NCBI GenBank assembly: GCA_965261395.1
Contig: OZ253462.1
Span: 4,512,001 to 4,576,000, forward strand
Source: Candidatus Latescibacterota bacterium
GTDB taxonomy: Bacteria; Latescibacterota; UBA2968; UBA8231
Length of the DNA stretch: 64,000 nucleotides
Reading direction: 5' to 3'
The first letter of the stretch is position 1. Every line of letters begins with the position of its first letter. Position numbers and translations under genes: made by a program. The notes below the pieces were generated by a model. It had not been told where the DNA came from. It did no database searches and was given only the letters and a program-made list of their open reading frames with translations. This document shows, in pieces, positions 28,494 through 38,778 of the stretch.

Positions 28494-29597
28494 TTAAGTC
28501 CAATTGCGCGAATCGGGCACGGCTACCCAAGCCGACCCTTGGGCAAGCGACTGTTGGCTGACGAGGCCGGGCAAGGTCATATCCATCGCCAAGTCGATGC
28601 CAATGGCCGGTGTCTTTTCCTCGCGGATGGCCGCGACAAAGTCCTGTACTTCCCAATAGTCACCGCCGCCGTGCCCGGCGGCGAGGGCTTCTGCGGGCGG
28701 GTGCTGCCAATGGTCAGGTAAAAATTCCTCTAAGGCTTCCAAAGACTCCCAGCGCGGTTGCGCGCTGCGGTTGCGCAACCAGATTTTGGCCGCCGCGGCA
28801 AAGCCGTCGGCCGACTCGTACGCGCCATCGGTCCCCTGCAACGCATAGTGCACCATGTGGTGCGGCCGGTCCGAGAGCATATCGACCCGGATATGCGCCA
28901 ACCCGCCGCCCGAGAACCGGCACATCATGGTCACTGAGTCCTCCATTTCGTACAAAGCGCCGCGCGGATCTTGGTAGTGGTGTCCGGTGCCCACGGCGCA
29001 GACGGCCACCACCCGCTGTCCGGCAAACCACGTCAACACCGGCCCCAAGCTGTGCGTGCCATAGGTACAGCCATTGACGCCCGTCTGCCAGCGCCGCCGC
29101 CAAGGTGTGGTCTCGTTGAGCTGTTTCAGTTCGTGGATATAAGCCCCTTCGGCGTAGTACAGCTCGCCGAAAAAGCCGCGCTCGACCAACGCTTTTACCA
29201 GTGTGTTGGGCTTGGTGTACACGTAGTTCTCGGCCATCATATAGACGGCTCGGCTGCGCCGCGCTGCGCGCGTCAAATCGCGGCATTCCTCGATCGACAC
29301 TCCGGCCGTCACTTCGCTGAGCACGTGGATGTCGCGCTCCAAGGCCGCGATGGCCTGGGGTACGTGCCACGGCATCGGCGTACCCACGACGACCGCGTCC
29401 ACTCTCCCAGAGTCGAGCATTGCGTCGGTATCTGTAAAGACCTGTTCAACGTCCAATTCAGCCGCGTGGCGCTCGGCCTCTTCCCGGCGGATGTCACACA
29501 GCGCGACAACTTCCGTGGCCGGATGGGCCAGCAGGGTGGGGACAAAGCCGCTTCCGCGGCCAGCAGCCCCAATGACACCAACGCGTATTTTGTCCAT
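28494..29597 (-). CDS. Gfo/Idh/MocA oxidoreductase
   Basis: IRVGVIG, HVLSEV, YMMAENY, GHGGGD. Confidence 0.88.
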   Translation of the reverse strand: MDKIRVGVIGAAGRGSGFVPTLLAHPATEVVALCDIRREEAERHAAELDVEQVFTDTDAMLDSGRVDAVVVGTPMPWHVPQAIAALERDIHVLSEVTAGVSIEECRDLTRAARRSRAVYMMAENYVYTKPNTLVKALVERGFFGELYYAEGAYIHELKQLNETTPWRRRWQTGVNGCTYGTHSLGPVLTWFAGQRVVAVCAVGTGHHYQDPRGALYEMEDSVTMMCRFSGGGLAHIRVDMLSDRPHHMVHYALQGTDGAYESADGFAAAAKIWLRNRSAQPRWESLEALEEFLPDHWQHPPAEALAAGHGGGDYWEVQDFVAAIREEKTPAIGIDLAMDMTLPGLVSQQSLAQGSAWVAVPDSRNWT

Positions 29598-29607
29598 TTC
29601 TATCCGT

Positions 29608-29636
29608 TTGACAACCGGATTGAGCGACCGTACTGT
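29608..29636 (+). promoter_or_regulatory. sigma70-type promoter
   Basis: TTGACA-17bp-TACTGT upstream of the AGGAGG RBS of 29680. Confidence 0.6.
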
Positions 29637-29679
29637 TGTAGGCCGTTTACTCAACCCATTCTCTTATAGGAGGAACCTC

Positions 29680-30111
29680 ATGGCCATCATACCTAACATC
29701 AGTTCGGATATCGCCGGGCCGCTCGGCGCGATTCACCTGCCCCGCCTGTGGTCCAAGCTGCGCCTGAGCGCGGCCGGCGAACTGCCCGCGGACTACCCGG
29801 AATGCGGCGCGGGCTTCGACCAGATGGTTCTCGACGGCCTCAGCATCGACCGCGACGCGGCCGTGGCCTATGTCAAGGACAACAAGGCCAGCTATATCGA
29901 CTTTGAAAACTGGGTCAAGGCCCAGCGCGGCGGCTCCATTCCCCAGAGCGAGATCGACGCTTCCAACGCCGCCATCCGCGGCTACAACCACGACGACGAG
30001 ACCCGCGGTAGCATCCTCGACGCCGCTGGCCTCAGCGACGGCAGCATCCTCGACGCCGTCAACCTCAACAATCTCGACGACTGGACTGAACTGCACGACG
30101 CCCTGAGCTAA
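29680..30111 (+). CDS. DUF5069-like protein
   Basis: AGGAGG RBS; GPLGAIHLPRLWSK, GFDQMVLD, LDDW. Confidence 0.72.
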   Translation: MAIIPNISSDIAGPLGAIHLPRLWSKLRLSAAGELPADYPECGAGFDQMVLDGLSIDRDAAVAYVKDNKASYIDFENWVKAQRGGSIPQSEIDASNAAIRGYNHDDETRGSILDAAGLSDGSILDAVNLNNLDDWTELHDALS

Positions 30112-30132
30112 AGGGACGTTCCATGCGTCTGT

Positions 30133-30170
30133 CGGCCCGCTTCCGCTCTTTGGAGGCGGGCCGTTTTGTT
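30133..30170 (+). terminator. Rho-independent terminator
   Basis: cggcccgcttcc..ggaggcgggccg stem followed by ttttgtt. Confidence 0.75.
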
Positions 30171-30284
30171 GCTTCTCGCTCGCCTATTCATACCGTCTTT
30201 TAGCTGGGCTGTCAACGCCCTTGATAGCCTTCTGCCAAAGTTGTACCTTGTGCCACCTACCCCCTCGGCGAAAGCGAATCTGCG

Positions 30285-31415
30285 ATGAAACTCGATGTCG
30301 TCAACCTGACCAAGGCATTAGTCGCCTATCCCTCGGAAAGCCAAACTAGCAACGTCGAAGTCACCCAACACATAGCTGGGGTCTTAGGCCAGCTTGGGTT
30401 CCAAATAGAAGAGGTGCCCTACACAGATGAGGCGGGCGTGGCCAAGCTCTCCATCGTCGGCAAGCTGGGCACCGGCGAGGGTGGGCTGGCCCTGATGAGC
30501 CACGACGACGTCGTTCCCGCCAATCCCGCCGACGGCTGGCACCGCGATCCCTACGACTCTTACGAGGCCAACGGCAAGCTCTACGGCCGCGGCTCCTGCG
30601 ACATGAAAGGGCCCCTTGCCGCTTCGATTGGCGCGGCCGCCCGCTTCAAGGCCGCCGACCTCGCCGCCCCAATCTACATCGTCGTCACAGCCGACGAAGA
30701 GGTCCACTGCATCGGCGCACAAAAAGTCACGGCCCATTCCAAGCTCTTTGCCGAGGCCAGCACCGGCTGCGGCATCATCTGCGAACCCACCAGCCTCCGC
30801 GTCGTCCACGCCCACAAAGGCTCGCTCGCCATCCAAGTCACGGCCAAAGGACGCCCCGCGCACACCAGCACCTTGAAGGGCACCAACGCGAACCTCAAGA
30901 TGATTCCCTTTCTCGCGGAGATGAAGCGATTCAACGAGCGAGTGCTCAGCGCGCGCCGCTATCGCAACGAAGAGTTCGCACCGCCGCATTCCGAGTGGTG
31001 CATCGGCATCAACGATCACAACCGCGCCACCAACATCTCCCCCGCCCAGAGCATCTGCACCCTCAACTACCGCCCCATGCCCGGCATCGACGTCGAGGAT
31101 TTGATCGACAAAACCCGCCAAAGCGCGGAAAAGCACGGCCTCGACTTCGCGCTCAAGCATCGCGGCGAGCCGCTCTACACGGCAGCGGATGCCCCCCTGG
31201 TCCGCACGGCGCTCAAGCTAACGGGCCGCCGCAAACCCACCACCGTGGCCTACGGCACCGACGGCATGGCTTTTGTCGCACAGATGAAACAAATGATCGT
31301 CCTCGGCCCGGGCGATATTGCGCAAGCCCACACCGCCAACGAATGGATCAAAACCGACCAACTGCGCGCCAGCGTCGATCTCTACGCCCGCTTCATCGAG
31401 CATATCTGCGTTTAG
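30285..31415 (+). CDS. Acetylornithine deacetylase-like M20 peptidase
   Basis: SHDDVVP, GRGSCDMKG, TADEE, CEPT, GPGDIAQAH. Confidence 0.85.
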   Translation: MKLDVVNLTKALVAYPSESQTSNVEVTQHIAGVLGQLGFQIEEVPYTDEAGVAKLSIVGKLGTGEGGLALMSHDDVVPANPADGWHRDPYDSYEANGKLYGRGSCDMKGPLAASIGAAARFKAADLAAPIYIVVTADEEVHCIGAQKVTAHSKLFAEASTGCGIICEPTSLRVVHAHKGSLAIQVTAKGRPAHTSTLKGTNANLKMIPFLAEMKRFNERVLSARRYRNEEFAPPHSEWCIGINDHNRATNISPAQSICTLNYRPMPGIDVEDLIDKTRQSAEKHGLDFALKHRGEPLYTAADAPLVRTALKLTGRRKPTTVAYGTDGMAFVAQMKQMIVLGPGDIAQAHTANEWIKTDQLRASVDLYARFIEHICV

Positions 31416-31517
31416 AGGCAGAAAAACTAACGTCGGAATTCTTTTGATTACCAAGCGGTAAAGGTAGGATACTAAAGTTACAAGTTCTTTGTGGATCAGG
31501 AGATGTTTCGCGTCCCC

Positions 31518-32363
31518 TCAATCCCAAGGATCCACCCCAGCCAGCTTCCGCCCCACACTCGTCAACTCAGCCGTCTTCTCTTCGCGGTGCTCGCGTTCCT
31601 CGGCGTAGCGCCCCAGCCCGGACAAACGACGCTGCCAAAAGTCCGTACGCAACCGCCGTGCCTCTTCGCCTTCGCCGGCTGGGCCCATGGTGATATACTG
31701 CGCCACGCGAGACGCGTCGCCGCGATTGACGCTCGCCGTGTGCGGCAGGGCCGTGCGCCAGATAATCAAGTCGCCCGCTGCGGCACCGATGCGCTGCGCT
31801 CCCAAGGCCAGTAGGTCCTGCTCTCGGGGATTGGCTCCCTCCGGCAGCTCGTCGAGCCACGCCTCTAAGCGCTGGTGGAACCTCGGCACGCAGATAAAGG
31901 CCCCCTGCTCGGCTGGCGTGTCATTCAGATAGAGCACGCCCTGCACGCCAAAAGGCAAAGGACGCTTATCCAAGGACGCATCCCAGTGCAGATTGTGCTC
32001 GGGCGCATCTTTCGCGTCCCAGTGCGGGTTATGCTCGGGCGCATCTTTGTTTAAGACCGGCGGACTGATGCTGGCTCGGTCGTGGCTGACCCACAGCTTG
32101 TCCGTGCTCCAAATCTGGCTGAAGGCTCGGTGGACCCGAGGGGCCGTGCGATTGTCCCACATGGTCTGGTGGTGGTAAATCTCGACCATGATGCCGCGCC
32201 GATCCTCTGGATACCAAGTCCCGGGATCGTCCGGGTCCATACCGGCAAACGCCCACACCGCCCGCCCGGTGCGCTCGGCCTGATCGCGGTCGATCACCTG
32301 ACGAGCAACTACATACCCCTGTTCGGCAAAGAAATCCAGTTCTTCCCTGCTCAAGACATCCAT
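31518..32363 (-). CDS. PhyH family dioxygenase
   Basis: EQGYVV, HWD, QGVLYL, GDLIIW..LPH, RVAQYI. Confidence 0.85.
   Translation of the reverse strand: MDVLSREELDFFAEQGYVVARQVIDRDQAERTGRAVWAFAGMDPDDPGTWYPEDRRGIMVEIYHHQTMWDNRTAPRVHRAFSQIWSTDKLWVSHDRASISPPVLNKDAPEHNPHWDAKDAPEHNLHWDASLDKRPLPFGVQGVLYLNDTPAEQGAFICVPRFHQRLEAWLDELPEGANPREQDLLALGAQRIGAAAGDLIIWRTALPHTASVNRGDASRVAQYITMGPAGEGEEARRLRTDFWQRRLSGLGRYAEEREHREEKTAELTSVGRKLAGVDPWD
31977..32048 (-). repeat. 36-bp in-frame tandem duplication
   Basis: KDAPEHNPHWDA / KDAPEHNLHWDA. Confidence 0.9.
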
Positions 32364-32386
32364 GGCGGTTCCCCTCGTTATACTCG

Positions 32387-33409
32387 TTATAACAGTTTTC
32401 GCGCGATAAGCTCCTCGGCGATTTGCACGGCGTTCAGGGCAGCCCCCTTGCGCAACTGATCGCCGCTGACCCACAAGTCCAGCCCGGTCCCGTCGGGCCG
32501 CGAAATATCCTGGCGAATGCGCCCGACCAGCACCTCGTCGCAGCCAGAGGCCTCAATCGGCATGGGGAAATGGTTCTGCGCCGGATCATTCACGATCCGC
32601 ACGCCCGCAGCCTGCGCTAAGATGGCTTCGGCCTCAGCGGCCGGAAAGGGTTCGGCAAACTCCACGTTGATCGCCTCGGAATGCGCCCGCAGCACGGGCA
32701 CGCGAATGGTCGTGGCCGAGACCTGGAGCGCGTCGTCGTGGAACATCTTGCGGGTCTCGCGCACCATTTTCAGCTCTTCTTCGCAATACCCCTCCGGCCC
32801 GACAGCCGAATCGTGCGAGAATAAGTTAAAGGCAATCGGGTGCGGGAATTCAGCCGGCTCGGCCTCCTGCCCGGCGAGCACTTGCCGCGTCTGCGTCTCC
32901 AACTCCTGCATGGCTCGTGCCCCCGCGCCGCTGACGGCCTGATAGGTCGAGACCACAATGCGCTTGATCCGTCGCCGCTGATGGAGCGGCCAGACCGCCA
33001 CATCCATGATGATCGTCGAACAATTTGGATTGGCGATGATGCCGCGGTGCGCCGCCAAGTCCTCGGGGTTGATTTCGGGCACCACCAGCGGCACGTCCGG
33101 GTCCATGCGATAGGCCGATGTGTTATCGACGACCACCGCGCCCGCGGCCACTGCGCGTGGGTTAAACCGCTTGCTCAACCCGCCCCCGGCCGAAGCCAAG
33201 ACGAGATCTACGCCGGCGAAGGAATCCTCCCCCAGCTCCTGTACCTGAATCGAGCCGCCGTTAAAGGAAATGGTGCGCCCAGCCGAGCGGGCCGAGGCCA
33301 ACAGCCGCAACTCGCCGATGGGAAAGTCGCGCTCGGCGAGGATTTCTAACAGCACCTGCCCTACGGCACCAGTCGCGCCCATAATAGCTACGTTGTACGT
33401 GTCGGTCAC
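32387..33409 (-). CDS. asd: Aspartate-semialdehyde dehydrogenase
   Basis: GATGAVG, NPNCST, TYQAVSGAG, DQLRKGAALNAVQIAE. Confidence 0.96.
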   Translation of the reverse strand: MTDTYNVAIMGATGAVGQVLLEILAERDFPIGELRLLASARSAGRTISFNGGSIQVQELGEDSFAGVDLVLASAGGGLSKRFNPRAVAAGAVVVDNTSAYRMDPDVPLVVPEINPEDLAAHRGIIANPNCSTIIMDVAVWPLHQRRRIKRIVVSTYQAVSGAGARAMQELETQTRQVLAGQEAEPAEFPHPIAFNLFSHDSAVGPEGYCEEELKMVRETRKMFHDDALQVSATTIRVPVLRAHSEAINVEFAEPFPAAEAEAILAQAAGVRIVNDPAQNHFPMPIEASGCDEVLVGRIRQDISRPDGTGLDLWVSGDQLRKGAALNAVQIAEELIARKLL

Positions 33410-34596
33410 TTGTATTCCCTCGTGAGATAATCCATCAATACATGTCCGCGTTCTACCTGCATACTACCCCACTCGGCCGGCCGCTCTCCATAGGCTTGCA
33501 TCGAGTCGGCTGCAATCCCCGTCCCCCACAGCACAAAAGGCACTGGCTCGCGGCTGTGGGTGCGCCGCACAATGGGCGTGCGGTGATCTGGGGTAAGCAA
33601 CACCCGATGCGGCCCCATCGACTCTAGCCCCGCCAAGATCGGGCCGACGACGCGGGCGTCGAAATCCTCGATGGCCTGCACCTTGGCCTGTGGGTCGCCG
33701 TTGTGTCCAGCTTCGTCCGGGGCCTCGACGTGGACATAGACAAAATCGGCCTGCTGCAAGGTCGCCAGCGCGTATTCGGCCTTGCCCTCGTAGTTGGTGT
33801 CGAGATATCCGGTAATACCGGGCACATCGATGACCTCCAAGCCCGCGCTCTTGCCGATCCCGCGCACCAAGTCAACGGCCGAGATGACGCCGCCCTGCAA
33901 TCCGTAGCGCTCCGACAAGGGCGTCAACCGCAGCGCGCGCCCGGAGCCCCAGAGCCATATCGCGTTGGCCGGCCGTTCCCCGCGAGCGGAGCGGGCTGCA
34001 TTGACCGGTGAGGCCGCGAGAATGGGGCCGGCCGCGTCCATGAGGGCGCGGATTTTCTCGGCCCCCGCGCCCGTAGGCCCATGTGCAGCCATGGACTCGC
34101 CCATGATGTCGTGCGGCGGATAGGTTTCCACTTCTTCTGGACCGCGCTCCCACACCAGCAAGTGGCGATAGCCCACCCCGGGATAAAAGCGCAAAGACGG
34201 TCCCCCCAACTCGGCCGCCAAGGCCGCCACCAACTCGGCCGCCTCTTCGCTGGCGATGTGGCCGGCGCTGTAATCGACCAGCACGTCGCCCTCTCCGTAG
34301 ATCAGGTTTAGGCGGAAAGCCACCCCGTCGTCACCCAGATCGACGCCCATACTCGCTGCTTCCAACGGCGCGCGGCCCGTGTAGTGCACCCGGCTGTCGT
34401 AGCCGAAAATTTCGAGATTGCCGATGTCGCTGCCTGGATGCCGCTGCGCGGGAATCATCTGCACCAATCCTCCGGCCCCCTCGCGGGCTAGGCGATCCAT
34501 GCAGGGCGTAGCAGCCGCCTCCAACGGCGTCTGCCCATCCAGTTCATCAAGTGGATAGTCTGCCGCCCCATCGGGCACCAATACGATGTAGCGCAC
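33406..34596 (-). CDS. apgM: Cofactor-independent phosphoglycerate mutase, ApgM type
   Basis: DGAAD, PGSD, YTGRAPLEAAS, HVEAPDEAGH, PDHRTP. Confidence 0.88.
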   Translation of the reverse strand: MRYIVLVPDGAADYPLDELDGQTPLEAAATPCMDRLAREGAGGLVQMIPAQRHPGSDIGNLEIFGYDSRVHYTGRAPLEAASMGVDLGDDGVAFRLNLIYGEGDVLVDYSAGHIASEEAAELVAALAAELGGPSLRFYPGVGYRHLLVWERGPEEVETYPPHDIMGESMAAHGPTGAGAEKIRALMDAAGPILAASPVNAARSARGERPANAIWLWGSGRALRLTPLSERYGLQGGVISAVDLVRGIGKSAGLEVIDVPGITGYLDTNYEGKAEYALATLQQADFVYVHVEAPDEAGHNGDPQAKVQAIEDFDARVVGPILAGLESMGPHRVLLTPDHRTPIVRRTHSREPVPFVLWGTGIAADSMQAYGERPAEWGSMQVERGHVLMDYLTREYK

Positions 34597-34597
34597 G

Positions 34598-35890
34598 CTA
34601 GAGATCCTCCATGCGGATGAGTTTCACTGACCCCTGCACGGCATCGAGTGCGGCCACTGCCTGCTGCGCCCGCTGCATTGCGGCTTCGCGCGCTTCGTGG
34701 GTGACGATAACCAGCGGTACCGAGCCGCCCTCAAAGTCGCGCTCCTTTTGGATGACCGAGGCAATGCTGATGCGCTCCTCGGCCAAGATGCGCGCAATGC
34801 CCGCAAGCACTCCGGGCTGGTCGCGGACTAAGACGCGCATGAAGTAGCGCATCTGCACGTCCTCAATGGACACCACCGCAACAGCGTCCTCGCCCAAGAT
34901 CATGTCGCCGATGGACGTGCTGGCCCCGGCGGCCTTGCGCTCTACCAACTCGACCATATCCGCCACCACCGCGCTGGCCGTAGGTAGCCGCCCGGCGCCG
35001 CGACCGGAAAACACTTGCGGCCCCACCGCAGACCCCTGCACCTGAATGGCGTTGAATTCATCGTGGATGTTGGCCAGCAATGCATCCTCCGGCACCATAG
35101 CCGGATGCACCCGGGCCTCAACGCGCCCGTCCTGCTGCTTGGCAATGGCCAGCAGCTTGATCGCATACCCCAGCTCGCGGGCGTATTCAATGTCCCGACT
35201 CTCGATCTGCTCGATCCCCTCGCAAAATACGTCGCGGCCCGTGCCCGTGCAGTGGAAGGCAATGCGGCAGAGGATGGCCAACTTCTGCGCGGCGTCCATG
35301 CCGCTCACGTCCATGGTCGGGTCCGGCTCGGCGTAGCCTTGGTCTTGAGCTTCTTTGAGGACATCGGCATAGTCGCCGGCACCGCGGCTCATGCGCGTGA
35401 GCATATAGTTGGTGGTGCCGTTGAGAATGCCGTACAGGGACTCGACCCGATTGGCCACCAAGCCGTTGCGCAACGAGCGGATGATGGGGATGCCAGCCGC
35501 GACGCTGGCTTCAAACATCAAATCTGCCCCATTTGACAGCGCCAGTTCAAAAAGCTCCTCGCCCCGCTCGGCGAGCAGGGCCTTGTTGGCCGTCACCACA
35601 TCCTTGCCCTGCCGCAGGGCCTCGCTCACCCACTCAAAGGCCGGGGGAGCACCAGTCAGTTCCACCACCAGTTGCACATCCGGGTTGGCCACGACTGCAC
35701 TGGCGTCCGTGGTCAAAAGCTCCGGTGCCAAGGCGGGGCTGCGCGGCTTGGCCAAGTCGCGCACGGCCACGCATTGCAATGCAAAATCCACGTGCTTGCG
35801 CCGCCGCAGCGACGCGGGCGCGTCCTGCAACAGCTCGACCACGCCGCTGCCGACCGTGCCCAAACCGATCAAGCCCACTCCTACTGACAT
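34598..35890 (-). CDS. hom: Homoserine dehydrogenase with ACT domain
   Basis: GLGTVG, VTANKA, FEASVAAGIP, GILNGTTN, GYAEPDP, C-terminal ACT. Confidence 0.95.
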   Translation of the reverse strand: MSVGVGLIGLGTVGSGVVELLQDAPASLRRRKHVDFALQCVAVRDLAKPRSPALAPELLTTDASAVVANPDVQLVVELTGAPPAFEWVSEALRQGKDVVTANKALLAERGEELFELALSNGADLMFEASVAAGIPIIRSLRNGLVANRVESLYGILNGTTNYMLTRMSRGAGDYADVLKEAQDQGYAEPDPTMDVSGMDAAQKLAILCRIAFHCTGTGRDVFCEGIEQIESRDIEYARELGYAIKLLAIAKQQDGRVEARVHPAMVPEDALLANIHDEFNAIQVQGSAVGPQVFSGRGAGRLPTASAVVADMVELVERKAAGASTSIGDMILGEDAVAVVSIEDVQMRYFMRVLVRDQPGVLAGIARILAEERISIASVIQKERDFEGGSVPLVIVTHEAREAAMQRAQQAVAALDAVQGSVKLIRMEDL

Positions 35891-36037
35891 ATCTTTGCCC
35901 AATTCCTTGTTTCGTATCAAGTTAAAGCTTCTAAATATAGAGATTGCCGCGCTTTTTTGGCAAGGCGTGCGCCCCGGTGGATCGCCGCGCCGAGATAGCC
36001 TATATTAAGGGAAACACGACGACTGGAGCCTGCTACT

Positions 36038-36325
36038 ATGGACCTCAAAACCTTCAAATCGAGCCTACAAGAACAAACCCCACCGGAGACCTCCCTCGCC
36101 CTGCAAGCACTCTGGTATGATGCCAAGGGCCAATGGGATAAAGCCCACGAGCTAGCCCAGCAAGCACCCGACCCCACCGGAGCTTGGGTTCACGCTTATT
36201 TACATCGGGTCGAAGGCGACGAACGCAACGCCGGCTATTGGTACCAGCGGGCACGCAAGCCGCACAGCGAGGCGTCGCTGCCCGGGGAGTGGGAGGAAAT
36301 CGCCAGCGCCCTTCTCAGTGCCTAA
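36038..36325 (+). CDS. Conserved hypothetical protein
   Basis: WDKAHELAQ..WVHAYLHRVEGD..NAGYWY; GGAG RBS. Confidence 0.8.
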   Translation: MDLKTFKSSLQEQTPPETSLALQALWYDAKGQWDKAHELAQQAPDPTGAWVHAYLHRVEGDERNAGYWYQRARKPHSEASLPGEWEEIASALLSA

Positions 36326-37809
36326 CGCATCCGCGCCAACGCCCGCCAAGTATGCACCAGTTCCGCCCGGTCTTGCGGATTGGCCCAAGTCAAGACGGCC
36401 ACCAGCACCACAAAGCACATCCCCCCTACAAATACTTGCAAAAAGTCGCCACCTAAGCCCGCGCTAACCCAGCGGCTGACCACAGCCGCCGCCCCGGCTC
36501 CCGCGCCGATCCTCAGCAGGCGGCCCCAAGGCAGAAGCCGGTGCCAGCCACAGCGCAAGTGCCAGCCAATAGCCGCCAAAAAGAAGGCTACCTGCAAATA
36601 CGTCACCAGTGTGGCGGCCACGGCCGGGCCGAGGAAGGCCCACTCGGATTGCGCTGCCTGCAAGTACCCAACGAGCGCCAAGCTCAAGCCGATATTGCAG
36701 CATAGATCCCCCACACTACCCCATAGCGCCCAGCGGGCCTTGCCCATGCCCACCAGCAGCGGATTGTACGCGGCGCAGCGCAGCGGAAGCATCAATAGAT
36801 GGATGCGGAAGACCCAAGCCGAGCGGTCGTATTCCGGGAACAGCCAGCCGATCAACGGCTCGGCGAAAGCGAGCAGGAAGGCCGACAGCGGCAACACCAA
36901 CAGGGCCAACCGAAAGACCGCGCGCTGCCACAGCACCAGTATCTCGCTGAGCAGTCCCGCCTGAAAGAGCCGACTGATCTCCGGGATCAACACGGCTGTC
37001 ACCGACGATAGCAGCAGACTGATCGGCACCTCAATGGCCCCGAAATGATATTCGGCGAAGGTGCCGGCCGCGAAAAAGTGCAGGACCACAAAGCGATCCA
37101 CATAGCGCGAGAGCGTCCCCATCGCGTCGTTTAGCCCAACGGGCCGAGCATAGCGCACCAACTCGCCAAGCCCTTCCCAACGCCACCAGCTTCCGCCCCC
37201 TAGTCCCTGCCGCACCAATCCACACGCGACCAGCAAGCGCGCCACACCCACCCCGGAAAACAGCAGCAGCACCTGCGCGGGCGTCCAGCCCCAGTTTAGG
37301 CCCAGCCACGCTCCGGCCAGCAAGCCACCGCTAGTCACCAGTTGCAGCCACGCCAAGTAGTGTTCTCGATCGGCGGCGACTAAGGCGGCTTCGGCCCCAC
37401 CGGCGGCGACCACCGCAAAAAGATAGGGCAGGAACGGCAGCAGGTACGCGGCGACCTGCTCGCTATCGCCGGCTTCTTGTACCAGCACACCAGCCAAGAG
37501 CGGCCCCCACAGGAGCAGGCAGCCGGTCAACACCACGCCAGACAGAGATAGGCAACCCAACACTTGGCCAGCTAGCAGACGAGGTTCTTTTAGTCGAGGA
37601 AAGAAGTAGAGCAGGCTTTGGGGTAGCCCGAACAAAAACACCGGGATCAGCGCGTTGCCCAGCACCCAGACGGCCCCGAACAGCCCGCATTCTTCTGGGG
37701 TCCAAGCGCGGGCGGCCAACACATTGACCGCAATGATGCTGAGGGTCGTGGCCGCCCGCCCGGCAGCCACGACGCCGATCTTGCGAGTCAGCCGGCCCCC
37801 CGCGCCCAT
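36322..37809 (-). CDS. Oligosaccharide flippase / MATE-like membrane protein
   Basis: Many TM helices; FGLPQSLLYF, VDRFVV, LIPEISRL. Confidence 0.8.
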   Translation of the reverse strand: MGAGGRLTRKIGVVAAGRAATTLSIIAVNVLAARAWTPEECGLFGAVWVLGNALIPVFLFGLPQSLLYFFPRLKEPRLLAGQVLGCLSLSGVVLTGCLLLWGPLLAGVLVQEAGDSEQVAAYLLPFLPYLFAVVAAGGAEAALVAADREHYLAWLQLVTSGGLLAGAWLGLNWGWTPAQVLLLFSGVGVARLLVACGLVRQGLGGGSWWRWEGLGELVRYARPVGLNDAMGTLSRYVDRFVVLHFFAAGTFAEYHFGAIEVPISLLLSSVTAVLIPEISRLFQAGLLSEILVLWQRAVFRLALLVLPLSAFLLAFAEPLIGWLFPEYDRSAWVFRIHLLMLPLRCAAYNPLLVGMGKARWALWGSVGDLCCNIGLSLALVGYLQAAQSEWAFLGPAVAATLVTYLQVAFFLAAIGWHLRCGWHRLLPWGRLLRIGAGAGAAAVVSRWVSAGLGGDFLQVFVGGMCFVVLVAVLTWANPQDRAELVHTWRALARMR

Positions 37810-37902
37810 ACTCAGTATCCCCCAAGGCGGGTGCTGAACAGTTCCTGAAGTTCAGCCGACGACGGTTCCATAGTTCACCTAGGTTCACCTATCGCCTACG
37901 GC

Positions 37903-38646
37903 TCAGTCGCCGCGGACGCCTAACATGCAAAGGAAGGCCGGTTTGGGCACAACCTTGTTCAAGAGCGCATCGGCCAAGCGCCACGCCGCATAGGGCCAGC
38001 CGGCACTCAAGCGAGGGAACCCGGCCAACTCCAGCAATTTGTTGGTCGTCAGCCGCACCGCACGTACTTCGAGGCCCTGGCGCTGGAGATAGGCGGCGAG
38101 AGTCTCCTCGTCAAAGCGGTGGAGATGCGCGTTAGCCGGCGTTAGTCTATTGCAGTGGATACACAGATGCTCGACAATGGTCTCGCGGTAAGGCACACTC
38201 ACCACTAGCCGCCCCCTCGGGCGCAACACCCGCCGAGCCTCGGCTAGGGCCGCGTCAATGTCTTCTAGGTGTTCGGCCACTTCGGAAAGTACCACCGCGT
38301 CGAAACACTCCGCCGCAAAGGGCAGATAGTACAAATCGCCGACCTGATAGGCCGCCTCCGCAAAGCGGGCCTTGGCACCGGCCACCCCTACCCAGCCGAT
38401 GTCCATCGCGCAGACTAGGGCACCCTGGCGCTGGCAGTACGCTCCCAGCCAGCCCGACCCACACCCGACGTCGAGTACGCGGTCTCCACTGTGCAAGTCG
38501 AGCATGCGCACAAGTGTCTCCAGCCGCCGCTCTTCGGAGGCTCGACGCCCCGGCTCTAATGCCTGAGGATCGACAATCGTCTCGGCATCTACCTTGTAGT
38601 GGACCTTGTAGTCGCTGAGCTGGCCCTTTGGAGTTGTTGTATCCAT
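37903..38646 (-). CDS. Class I SAM-dependent methyltransferase
   Basis: VLDVGCGSG, LPF..FDAVVLSEVAEH, RVLRPRG. Confidence 0.88.
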   Translation of the reverse strand: MDTTTPKGQLSDYKVHYKVDAETIVDPQALEPGRRASEERRLETLVRMLDLHSGDRVLDVGCGSGWLGAYCQRQGALVCAMDIGWVGVAGAKARFAEAAYQVGDLYYLPFAAECFDAVVLSEVAEHLEDIDAALAEARRVLRPRGRLVVSVPYRETIVEHLCIHCNRLTPANAHLHRFDEETLAAYLQRQGLEVRAVRLTTNKLLELAGFPRLSAGWPYAAWRLADALLNKVVPKPAFLCMLGVRGD

Positions 38647-38658
38647 CAATTCGTCATC

Positions 38659-38687
38659 TTGACAACGGCGGCGTGGCCCCATACTAT
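38659..38687 (+). promoter_or_regulatory. sigma70-type promoter
   Basis: TTGACA-17bp-TACTAT upstream of 38779. Confidence 0.65.
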
Positions 38688-38778
38688 GCCATTAATTGCT
38701 CTTACAGTGGCCAGTGCCCGCCCCCCTAAGCGGGGCGGAAACGAACCACTAATCACTAACCACTAACCAAAGTTTTCC

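Noticed and set aside
31416-31517. AT-richer patch between convergent genes
   Set aside because: Too short; no recognisable ORF, RNA or repeat
38743-38768. (a)accact/aatcact heptamer run in a 5' UTR
   Set aside because: About 3.5 units, single occurrence, no evidence of function
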